Assembly (NCBI GenBank): GCA_951406725.2
Contig: OX597822.1
Coordinates: forward strand, 4,960,001-5,024,000
DNA: 64,000 nt
From: Octopus vulgaris
Taxonomy: Eukaryota
Direction: 5' to 3'
Shown: positions 53,296 through 64,000 of the stretch, one piece after another
Numbering within the stretch: position 1 is the first letter of the stretch
Layout of the letters: every line of letters starts with the position of its first letter
Notes under the pieces: model-generated
Seen by the model: the letters and a program-made list of their open reading frames with translations, nothing else
Database searches by the model: none
Told to the model about the DNA's origin: nothing
Position numbers and translations under genes: made by a program

Positions 53296-53669
53296 GCTGA
53301 TACACATACACACACAATGACACATTCACACACATACATACACACATATACATACACATATACATACACACATACTTAGATGCAAATTAGTTTTCATGTC
53401 AAAGTTTCTTTCTCTGTTCTGATGGATGGCTTGAATGTCTAGCTGATTTCAACAGTTCAGTGATGCCTGCTTTGGTAACCTATAATTTACTTCTTACTTA
53501 CATCACCATCTCCAACCATCATCATTATCGATACGCCCTACACCATTCCAGTACGGTCATACCATGATCACCATATTGCCATATCCACACCTACACAACC
53601 ACCACCACCACCACCACCACCAACACCACCACCACCACCAACACCACCACCAACACCACCACCACCAAC

Positions 53670-53701
<32 letters not shown>

Positions 53702-54194
53702 TGATAATGATGACAAGACTATTTTTTTCTTCAACAACAATATTTCAAAGACCCAAACTAAGGTAGTAACATTGAAGCCTTTCAGATGATTCAGCCTCTC
53801 AAATGAGATGATAGGAACGAAGAAAGGAACACAAGGAAATGGTAAATATATTGCATTCCAAACCTGTACAACTGTATGATTTGATTCAATTCAATAATTG
53901 CATTAATTATAGTGGAAAATTGAAGGATGTAATAGGAAAAAGACACACAGACATAGCTATGTAGTGCAGAATTCTGATATATAACCACATAGTTTCCATA
54001 GTTTCAGGAGAAGCCCCAGTGCAGAATTCATTGTGCAAGAGTCTTCTACTATAGTCCTGGAAGGAAACTGAAAGAAGACCATTATACATGTGTGTGTGTG
54101 TGTGAGCGCATGAGTTTGTATTTTTCATGTGTATGTTTGTATGTAAGCTCATGTGCATGAACTCATAATTTTCTTATCTCCATGTCTCTTATTT

Positions 54195-54556
54195 CTTTCA
54201 TCTGTCTCAGTGATTAGACAGCTGCCTTGCTGGGGCACTGCCTTGAGAGAATTTTAGTTGAAGAAATTGACCATGGAACACATTTTTTAAGCTTGGTACT
54301 TCTTATTCTATTGGTCTCTTTTCCAAGGTACTGGTATGTGAGCACACCATTACCACTTGTCAAGAAATGATGGGTGCAAACACAGACATAATCACACACA
54401 CATAGATGATAAGCTTCTTTCACTTACTAAATCAACTTACAAGGCTTTGGTCAGCCCAAGGATATAATAAAAGACACCTGCTCAAAGTGCCATGCAGTGG
54501 TTCTGAACCCAGAACCATGTGGTTGAAAAACAAACTTCTTACCACACAGTCATGCT
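54195..54556 (-). mobile_element. SINE family A, diverged
   Basis: ...gctggggcactgccttg...gaacccagaaccatgtgg...accacacagtcatgc. Confidence 0.75.
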
Positions 54557-55459
54557 TGTGCTAACTTGTAAAGAAAAGTTACATTCATAAAGGGGCAGTT
54601 GTTTCTATTTGTTTGCATAACATTCCAATCTCTTTGCTGTTTATTAGACTGCGGACTGTTACTCTGCTTGGAAACCAAGTTTAAATTTAGTATCAGCAAA
54701 GATATATGGTTGTAGAAAACACTTCTGCAATGTGTTCTCAGGTGACCCATGCAAACATGAAAAAGTAGACATTAAAATGATGATGCAAAGAGTAGAAACA
54801 CACAAGACTTCTGTTTTGTTAGATAAGTCTGAGACAGAGGAAGTGTACACCTGTTGACATTTCAAGACAACTTAGACTTGAAATATCTTCAAGATATTTG
54901 AACTGGAGGGATATAAGCATGAAAACTGAGCCATCAAGGGAGCCTCTACATGTGAACTTGATTTACTAGAAGTAGCAGCCAAATATTCTTCACACCACAA
55001 TTTTATGGTCTTATGGAGTTTTTGAAGAAACAACATATTGGATAATATAACTAGATAAACAAAATTCATGGAGGGGAAAAATACTGTCATGGCTTGATTG
55101 TGTGTGGTGCGTTTGTTAGTAGAAATGCATAGTATTTTGGGTTGAACAACCACAACACATGTGCGTACCCACCCACACACACACACACAGTAGGCTTTAC
55201 ATAGTTGCCAGCAACTAAATTCACTTAAAAAGCATTTCTTGGCCAAGGACTATTCTAGAAGACACTTGCTTATGATGTCATGATAGTAAATTCTGTGTGA
55301 TGGATAGCAAGGGAGGTGTGTAAAGGTACTGAAAATTTCTTGACTGCATCTTGTAGATAAGGTATAATAGATGAGAGGGTAACAATAAGAGCAGGAGACT
55401 GAAAATGAAAGTATTCTAGGTGAGAGACCCAATGATATAACAGATATATATCTCCAACC

Positions 55460-55847
55460 GTGGAGGCGCAATGGCCCAGTGGTTAGGGCAGCGGACTCGC
55501 AGTCGTAGGATCGTGGTTTCGATTCCCAGACCGGGCGTTGTGAGTGTTTATTGAGCGAAAATACCTAAAGCTCCACGAGGCTCCGGTAGGGGGGGGGGGC
55601 ATCCCTGCTGTACTCTTTCATCATAACTTTCTCTCACTCTTTCTTCCTGTTTCTGTTGTACTTGTATTTCAAAGGGCCGGCCTTGTCAGTCTCTGTGTCA
55701 CGCTGAATATCCCCGAGAACTACGTTAAGGGTACACGTGTCTGTGGAGTGCTCAGCCACTTACACGTTAATTTCATGAGCAGGCTGTTCTGTTGATTCGG
55801 ATCAACCGGAACCCTCATCGTCATAACCGATGGAGTGCTTCCATCCA
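55460..55847 (+). mobile_element. SINE family D (tail type 2), full length with TSD
   Basis: tRNA-like head. 14-bp target site duplication atatatctccaacc at 55446-55459 and 55848-55861. Confidence 0.92.
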
Positions 55848-56289
55848 ATATATCTCCAACCTCCACCATCATCACTACCACTATGTTAATGACTGTTACT
55901 GTTTTGTTATACTTATACTGATGGATTTATTTTTCCAACATTGAATGCTTAAGTCAGTCTTTGCCACTTCATCTGAAGTTCTCTTAGGTGTCTGCCTTCT
56001 TTCAAGTGTTTGGCACCGCTTTAAACACTGACATCACCCATTTACCTCCCCTGTCCAGACCAGCACCAACTCCTCTGTTTAGGACTCTTCTTAAATACAG
56101 CTTTTGTCTAACCTTATTTGTGCTCTGTCATTCAAGCACACAAACTTTACACCTCCAGCAGAGCATGTTTGCATCATTTCTTTCAATTCATTGTAAATCT
56201 TCTCTATTCAATGTCTATGTCTTCACTAACATCATAAAATATTCCCTTCACTCTCAGAGAGAAATCAGTTTTGAAAGAAGAAGCTGCAT

Positions 56290-56705
56290 CTCCCTGTTCT
56301 TTGGTTACTATGCTTTTGGAATACTCTTCTCCACAGCTAATGAGGTAACCTAAATAATAACCCTAACTATTAACTACTTCCAGTGAGCCTGACAAGATTT
56401 TGTATAACTCTTACTGTGCATTTGCCACATATGAATGATACCTTCCTAATAAATCTGCTATAATTCCTATACTTGTGCATCCTTAGTCAACACTAAGTAT
56501 ATCACAGTAGATTTCTACCTACTCCGTTTCCCTGGTGGTAGCAAGGTTTTGTCTTCTTTCTTACTCACTAAATGTTTGAGCTTTGTTAAGTTTTAATGTA
56601 AAGCCTCTTGATTCAAGGCTTTACTTTCACTTTTGGAATTATCTAAATTTCCTACAGGATCTGTTATAAGAAGTAAATCATCAGCATAGAGAAGTTTCCA
56701 TAGAT
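56290..56705 (-). mobile_element. RTE-like LINE reverse transcriptase remnant
   Basis: The minus strand reads WKLLYADDLLLI (catalytic YADD), followed by decayed downstream sequence. Confidence 0.7.
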
Positions 56706-56714
56706 AGTGAATCT

Positions 56715-56944
56715 AAAACCTTTTCTTACCATATTTCTGTTGAAATACACTACTTTCATTTCAATTTAACTTTGAAAAGAATGAAGAACTTAATGAAATA
56801 ACATTGCCATAATTAAGCTGAAATATTGAACATAAATTAATGAGAAATTTTGATGGAGGTTTTTAATTTAGATCGTTTTAAAATGGGAAGTTTATGTCAT
56901 AGGATCAAGAATGACCTCGGGCAGTTTGGTGTCAAAAGAGTAAA
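56715..56944. mobile_element. Decayed TTAA-type MITE related to 25420-25648
   Basis: accttttcttacc ... ggtgtcaaaagagtaaa. Internal ttttgatggaggtttttaatt corresponds to the reverse complement of aattaaaaccttccaccaaa. Confidence 0.5.
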
Positions 56945-57096
56945 TCACCTGATTTGGCATACAAGACTGTAATAAACAAGTGGTGCCTAAGAACTGAGCT
57001 CTAATGGACCACTAGATTCATCACTGAAATAATTGATGACTCACATGTTGCTGACCACATACATACATACATATATGTATCAGTTATTTACCTCAA

Positions 57097-57311
57097 AGGC
57101 AGTGTGCTGGCAGAGACGTTAGCATGCCAGGTGAAATGCTTAGTGGTATGTAGTCTGTCTTTACGTTCTGAGTTCAAATTCCGCCGAGGTCGACTTTGCC
57201 TTTCATCCTTTCGGGGTCAATAAATTAAGTACCAGTTGTGTACTGGGCTTGATTTAATCGACTGGCTGCCTCCCCCAAAATTTCGGACCCTGTGCCTAGA
57301 GTAGTAAAGAA
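57097..57311 (+). mobile_element. SINE family B with TSD
   Basis: 13-bp flanking repeats ttatttacctcaa (57084-57096) and ttatttatctcaa (57312-57324). Confidence 0.9.
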
Positions 57312-57370
57312 TTATTTATCTCAATTTTTTTCTGTTTAGATTTGCTCTCCACATCTGATATATGTGTATG

Positions 57371-57401
<31 letters not shown>

Positions 57402-57610
57402 TTCTCTCTCTCTCTCTCTCTTTGCTGAAGAAAGAAGAGAGTACTAAGGTGGTAGGGAGTGATAAGAAATATTTTCATATGCAGCAACAATCTTAAAAAA
57501 ACCCAGAAAAAAGAAGCAAAAAATACAACTAATAAATCTGTGAAACATTCAGATCTAATAATTGCATATGTGTGCATGCATATCTATATCTATATATATA
57601 TATATATATA

Positions 57611-57996
57611 CTAGCAGTATCGCCCGGCGTTGCTCAGGTTTGTAAGGGAAATAACTATAAAGCATTTTTAGAGAGTTATAGCCAAAAAATAGCAAAAAAA
57701 ATGGAAAAAAATGATGGTAAATTTTTTTTTGAGATTTAAAAAAGGTAGAGTTGCGTCCCCTACACAGTTTGTGGTTCGTATTCCTGATTCTCGACCCCAT
57801 GTCGAATTTATCGATTTTTTTCAGAACTGGGGGAACTTTTCAAAATTTTCGCTGCGTTAGTTTTGAATTATGACATTGGGCTATGTGTGTGTCAAGTTTC
57901 ATCAGAATCGGTTGAAAGCCGTGGTCAGGGTGAGGGTACAAGCAAACAGACACACAGAAACACGCACAGACAAACTGCCGTTTATATAGAGAGAGA
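57611..57996 (-). mobile_element. Non-autonomous Helitron with a different 5' half
   Basis: On the minus strand: a|TCtctctctatataaac ... cctgagcaacgccgggcgatactgCTAG|t. Confidence 0.8.
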
Positions 57997-58068
57997 TATA
58001 TATATATATATATTGCATAATAGTGGTTTTATCTCTAATTCATATTTTATATATTTTACATATTTTAC

Positions 58069-58113
<45 letters not shown>

Positions 58114-58495
58114 AGAAGTATTGATATCATAATTTATTTTGGTATGATGAGACAAAAATCTTCATTATTTATTGTGAAGGAAAACAATGAAAAAGACAGG
58201 CTGATTGAAGATTTTCTCAGTCTTTCCAGCTGTCTGTCTGTCTCTGGAATTCTTCATGTACCTTTGTCCTTTTCACCCCTTCTCACTCACCCTCTTTCAG
58301 CTTTGTCTTACACAAACTCTCTCTACATTGCTTTCACTTGTTCTCTCTTTTCCTCTCTCTGTCTCTCTGATTGGTATACATATGTGTGTGTGTGTGTCTG
58401 AAACCGAGGAATAATTAATGCATCTTAATTTGTAATAAGATTTATTTCCTCTCTTTTCATTCCTTAAAAAAAATGTGCTACATGTATGTTTTGTG

Positions 58496-58560
<65 letters not shown>

Positions 58561-58564
58561 AACT

Positions 58565-58885
58565 AGCTCTCCATCGGATACAATGACGAGGTTTCGAGTT
58601 GATCTGATCAATCAAACAAACTGCTCATGAAATTAACATGCAACTGGTTGAGTACCCCACAGACACACATACCCTTAACATAGTTCTCAGGAAGATTCAG
58701 CATGACACAAAATGTGACAAGCCTAGTTCTCTGAAATACAGGTATCACTCATTTTTGTCAGCTGAGTGAACAGGTGCAATGTGAAATAAAGGGTCTCGCT
58801 CAAGGATACAACATGCTTCCGGGAATTGAATTCATGACCTTATGAACGCGAGTAGGATACTCTAACCACTAAGCCATATACCTTC
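58565..58885 (-). mobile_element. tRNA-derived SINE with CORE-like middle and family D type 2 tail
   Basis: Reverse complement: tggcttagtggttagag...ttcaattccc...ttgtatccttgagcgagacc...gagaactatgttaagggta...ttaatttcatgagcag. Confidence 0.75.
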
Positions 58886-59921
58886 ACTGAGAATGAGAAA
58901 CTGGGAGCACAACTGCAAACAGAAAATATGAAGCTCTTTTGTCATTTGAAGTCCCTATTGTAAACAACAATAGAAGTAGGAAAAAATGAAGCCTATGACA
59001 GTGATGTGTATGTGTGTGTGTGTGTGTGTTCAAACTGTATGGTGTGCAATATGAGGAATCACTGAATCACCAGCAGAGTATAGGTATCAATTATTTTTAT
59101 TGATGCAGTTTGATGTTGCATAAAACATGCCTCAGTTATTTGTATCAACATTACATCAGAGAAATACACATTTGTAAGAGAAGATAAGCTTGCAAGCCAC
59201 GAGTAAAAATAACATTCAATAAAAACGAAAATAAATAATTTAAAAAATCATGTAGTAGGCTTGTAAGGAAAATGGAAACGTAAAGATTTGAGTAAAAAAA
59301 AAAATGATTACATGGACAGTAGAATTGAAAGAGATGGAAAGGTGCTTCGTTTGGTCAAAGCTCCAGATCTGGAAATATATTTTTGAATGTTCTCATGTTT
59401 GATAGTTATTAAGCTTTTACTCAACTAAAGCTAAAGCCATTTAGTGTGTAGAAGGCCATAGGAACATCATCTCACACCACATGGAAATATAGATTATTTA
59501 GAGTGATATATTTATATATTTGTGCATATGTATATATGCACATCATCATCATCAACTGCTACTACTGTATTTCCCTCCATGCTGGTATGGATTAGATGGT
59601 TTAATAGGATCTGGAGAGCTGCAGGGCAATGTTGAATTTCAGTGTTAGCTTTGGTATGGTTTCTATGGCTGGATGCTTTCCCTAACCCCCAACCACGTTA
59701 CAGTGTTTATTGGGTGCTCTTTTCATGCTGCCAGCACTAGTGACGTTGCTGAAAAGGAAGCAGGATCAAAACCTATGAGTGCATATCTGAATATGTGTTT
59801 GTTGGGCAAATTTTCCCCACTGATGAAGGAAACCAGTCTTACAGGAATGTCTCTGTGTAGCCATCTACTGGTTGCATATCCATGACATTTTGCACATTCT
59901 ATCTGCTAATTATGAACATTA

Positions 59922-60327
59922 CAACAGGGACAGCATTAAAATTGAATCAATATTTAAACACATGACAGCATGGTATTTTATCAAGGTTTATAAATAAATC
60001 TAACTTCACATGCTAGGGCATTTACACTGGCCAACCAGCAAGTCTCAACTCCAGTCATATATATATATATATATATAAAACTATTTATTAAATAAAAGGC
60101 ATTAAATATGCCAAATTGAGAAAATATCTTGTATATATACCAAGAAAATTACTGGACAGTAAACATCACAACACATTTAAAAATCTGCAATAAACTTGAC
60201 ATCATCTTGTGTTTCTTCTATTTTGCATTAAATATTGAAGAAATAATGCCATCATATGCATATACATACACACGTATTGTGTGCTTTGGTGGCATAGCTA
60301 ATACTGTAGCAAAGGGAGTAATTGCTC
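59922..60327 (+). repeat. About 400-bp direct duplication, copy 1
   Basis: Matches 63026-63423 apart from about 5 substitutions and (TA)n length. Confidence 0.95.
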
Positions 60328-60839
60328 ATAATTACAAACTCCCAGAAACATCTGTTGAATTAAAAAGCTATGTGTTCTCCTCTTACTCTTCTGTATATTT
60401 TATATCCATGTAAAAGTAAATCTGTTTCTCAATATATATAAATATCTATATGCTTCTACATATGTGATTAACATCTGAATATATTTAGTTTTCTTACCTA
60501 TGTATATTCTTACATGTGTGTGTGTGTGTGTGTGGCAAGAGTAAACTGGATGCAGTCTATTGTGGCACCAGTAGTTAAGGGAACGAGATGAAAGAGTAAT
60601 GTAAAGAATGAGGTGAATATGTAATCCACTCCTTCTCTCATTCTTATCATCCTAGATCTCTCACCATATTGAGGCATGTACTTCAAGGATCTCATCGACC
60701 CTGCAGTTACTTTATACACTCTACATATAAACTCAACTGAACATTTGATATTGATAACCATTATTCACTCTCACCATATATATATATATATATATCCACC
60801 TCATATGTATGCTCTGCATCACTCATCACATCCCCTTTA

Positions 60840-61295
60840 CTGCTGATGCCAGGAAGAAAATGCACCCTGTACACTCTGTAAAGTGGTTGGTATTAAGAAG
60901 AGCAGTCAACTGTAGAAACCAAACTAAAGATGAAACTTATGTACAAGATATAGTACTCTGATCCATCTAGAAGGACAGAAATGACTGATCTAATCCATAT
61001 CAGCAGAGAAAGCAAATGTAAAATGGCAATGATGATGATGATGATCATCATCATCATCGTTTAACGTCCGTTTTCCATGCTAGCATGGGTTGGACAGTTC
61101 GACTGGGGTCTGGGAAGCCAGGCTCCAGTCTGATCTGGCAGTGTTTCTACAGCTGGATGCCCTTCCTGATGCCAACTACTCCGTGAGTGTAGTGGGTGCT
61201 TTTTACGTGCCACCGGCACAGATGCCAGGTGAGGCTGGCAACGGCCACGATTGGTTGGTGCTTTTTACCTGCCACCTGCACGGAAGCCAGTCAAG
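60840..61295. mobile_element. Two family C retroposons tail to tail
   Basis: An old + strand copy ending (GAT)n at about 61043 directly meets the (CAT)n of a younger minus-strand copy (61045-61295). Confidence 0.75.
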
Positions 61296-61314
61296 GATGA
61301 TGATAATATATATA

Positions 61315-61580
61315 TATCAAATTAACAATAATATACAGATGTATATAATTATATTAAGGAAACAAGGGCAAAAACGACCTTTCTCCAGCACGCTTGAAGT
61401 GCTGACACATACATTTTAATATTCTTTCACTAACCCACTTTCAGCCATGTGTATATTTATCTGGAATTTTTGCTAGTTTTTTTAAGGTATCAGCACTTCA
61501 AAAATGCTGGAGATAGGTTGTTTTCACTCTTGCTCCCTTAATATAATTATATACATATGTATATTATTATTGATTTAATG
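61315..61580. mobile_element. Fold-back element with inverted arms of about 90 bp
   Basis: tatataattatattaagg...ctccagca...tgaagtgctga versus tcagcacttca...tgctggag...ccttaatataattatata. Confidence 0.75.
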
Positions 61581-61586
61581 TCTATA

Positions 61587-61868
61587 TCTTTATATTTAAA
61601 AGTGAAGTTGTGTGTCTGTCTCCTACGATTTAGATTCCTAACTACTCCCACATTTTGCAGTGCAGTTTAACCAAAAGCGGGTATCTTATAGTCGTGATTC
61701 ATATCGAGCCCTTCTGGGTATTAGCGCATGTCTACGATGAGTCTACGATTTTAAAAAAGATTTACCATAATTTTTTCCCATTTTAATGCACTTTTTGCTA
61801 TTATATAAGGGAAGTAACTCTCTAAAAATGCTTATACAAACCCGAGCAACGCCGGGCGATACTGCTAG
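61587..61868 (+). mobile_element. Non-autonomous Helitron with complete termini
   Basis: a|TCttt...cccgagcaacgccggg-cgatactg-CTAG|t: 5' TC, 3' hairpin plus CTAG, AT target, no TSD. Confidence 0.88.
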
Positions 61869-62308
61869 TTGCCTATAAATATTTATAGAATGCTGATTAA
61901 CATATAAAAATCACTAACAAGGTTTTTATCCTTATATTCTATTATTAATTAATAAATAAAATATATTTATGGTACTCCAGCATGTAAAAGAGTAAAAGAA
62001 CATATGTGTGTATGTGTGTGTGTGAGTATATAAATATATATGTAATAAAAGAAGGAAAATGCACACAGTTTACATACTTTTGAAATATTTTAAAATATAT
62101 TTTATAAGTGAAAGAGTATTGTGTTTGTCGACCTGTTTCATTTTTGCTAATCATGACACTGAAATTATTGTAATTTCTTATTTTCTTAAGAAGATTTTAG
62201 TCCATGTTGTGTGTGGAGAAGTTAGTGAATGAATGGTTCAACAAGTAGAAAAATGTAAAGGAGGTAATTGTTCTGTATTTTTTGATGAACAAATTTTCCT
62301 TATTTAAA

Positions 62309-62387
<79 letters not shown>

Positions 62388-62463
62388 TGAGAAAGAGAGT
62401 GGAGGGGCACTATTTAGCACCTTAGTAGAGAGTGCTCACTACTCTCTTTCTATTAATGTATAT

Positions 62464-62812
62464 ACTCTTTTACTGTTTTACTTGTTTCAGTCATTTGACT
62501 GTGGCCATGCTGGAGCACCACCTTTAGTCAAGCAACTCGACCCCGGGACTTATTCTTTTGTAAGCCCAGTACTTATTCTATCGGTCTCTTTTGCCGAACC
62601 GCTAAATTACGGGGACATAAACACACCAGCATCGGTTGTCAAGCAATGCTAGGGGGACAAACACACACACGCATATATATATACATATATATGATGGGCT
62701 TCTTTCAGTTTCCGTCTACCAAATCCACTTACAAGGCTTTGGTCGGCCCGAGGCTATAGCAGAAGACACTTGCCCAAGGTGCCACACAGTGGGACTGAAC
62801 CCGGAACCATGT
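62464..62812 (-). mobile_element. SINE family A, 5' truncated
   Basis: Match ends at ccggaaccatgt. A box is missing. Confidence 0.88.
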
Positions 62813-63025
62813 TAAATATAGTGCATATATACTGCAAAAAACCCCCAAAAAAACAAAAAAAAAGACTAGAGCAGCATTGCAGCCTAACTCAAATAGATAT
62901 TAACTTTAAACTCAATCACGATATTTAAGAAAATAACCAAGCTCAGCTAAATTATCAACTTAAAAAAAACAAAAACAGAAAAAAATCTGGCTTATTTCAT
63001 ACTACAGCTGCTAGGTAAATTCTTC

Positions 63026-63423
63026 CAACAGGGACAGCATTAAAATTGAATCAATATTTAAACACATGACAGCATGGTATTTTATCAAGGTTTATAAATA
63101 AATCTAACTTCACATGCTAGGGCATTTACACTGGCCAACCAGCAAGTCTCAACTCCAGTCATATATATATATAAAACTATTTATTAAATAAAAGGCATTA
63201 AATATGCCAAATTGAGAAAATATCTTGTATATATACCAAGGAAATTACTGAACAGTAAACATCAGAACACATTTAAAAATCTGCAATAAACTTGACATCA
63301 TCTTGTGTTTCTTCTATTTTGCATTAAATATTGAAGAAATAATGACATCATATGCATATACATACACACGTATTGTGTGCTTTGGTGGCATAGCTAATAC
63401 TGCAGCAAAGGGAGTAATTGCTC
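63026..63423 (+). repeat. About 400-bp direct duplication, copy 2
   Basis: Matches 59922-60327. Confidence 0.95.
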
Positions 63424-63506
63424 TTTCCAAGCACATTTTTCAAAACTGGCACCTTTGCAACGATTTTTTTTTAACTCTTCAGTTCACTTGCATGATAAAA
63501 GTTGAA

Positions 63507-63925
63507 TCTCTTTCTCTTTTTCTCTTTTTACTTGTTTCAGTCATTTGACTGTGGCCATGCTGGAGCACTGCCTTTAATCGAGCAACTTGACCCCGGGACT
63601 TATTCTTTGTAAGCCCAGTACTTATTCTATCGGTCTCTTTTGCCGAACCGCTAAGTGGCGGGGACATAAACACACCAGCATCGGTTGTCAAGCAATGCTA
63701 GGGGGACAAACACAGACACACAAACATACACGCACACACATATATATATATACATATATATGACAGGCTTCTTTCAGTTTCCGTCTACCAAATCCACTCA
63801 CAAGGCTTTGGCCAGCCTGAGGGTATAGTAGAAGACACTTGCCCAAGGTGCCACGCAGTGGGACTGAACCCAGAACCATGTAGTTCGTAAGCAAGCTACT
63901 TACCACACAGACCACTCCTGCGCCT
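63507..63925 (-). mobile_element. SINE family A, full length
   Basis: Reverse complement of the consensus, ending ccactcctgcgcct. Confidence 0.9.
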
Positions 63926-64000
63926 ATCATTTTTTTTTTCCATCTTTTTTTTTTTGTTAACATGGCCTTGGAAGAGCCATCTGGAGTCATTACTTTATTT

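Noticed and set aside
55462-55537. tRNA gene (also 18576-18650)
   Set aside because: No proper cloverleaf acceptor stem or poly-T terminator. It continues into a SINE body, and the 55460 copy has a TSD.
60129-60413. Paralogous ORFs at 60129-60413 and 63303-63548
   Set aside because: The similarity comes from the local DNA duplication. No splice signals or protein-like features.

Overview
AT-rich animal genomic DNA, almost entirely non-coding. The SINE repertoire and microsatellite load look octopus/cephalopod-like (inference from recalled repeat sequence, not a database hit). Most ORF-track entries are translations of microsatellites and repeats. The only convincing host coding segment is one 74-bp internal exon on the minus strand (35363-35436), so much of the window is probably intron of a large gene. 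Repeats present: several tRNA-derived SINE families with shuffled modules, a (GAT)n-tailed retroposon with an expandable 63-bp unit, remnants of R4/Dong, Tx1/L1 and RTE LINEs, a decayed mariner, TTAA (piggyBac-like) and hAT MITEs, and non-autonomous Helitron/Helentron elements. The most interesting signal is a set of short elements in or next to (TA)n tracts that carry minimal hammerhead ribozyme folds of the Penelope-like-element type. Some have non-canonical cores, and one is a fold-back with a hammerhead in each arm. No CRISPR, rRNA or true tRNA gene is supported. Repeat boundaries were read by eye and are approximate unless a TSD or TIR is quoted.
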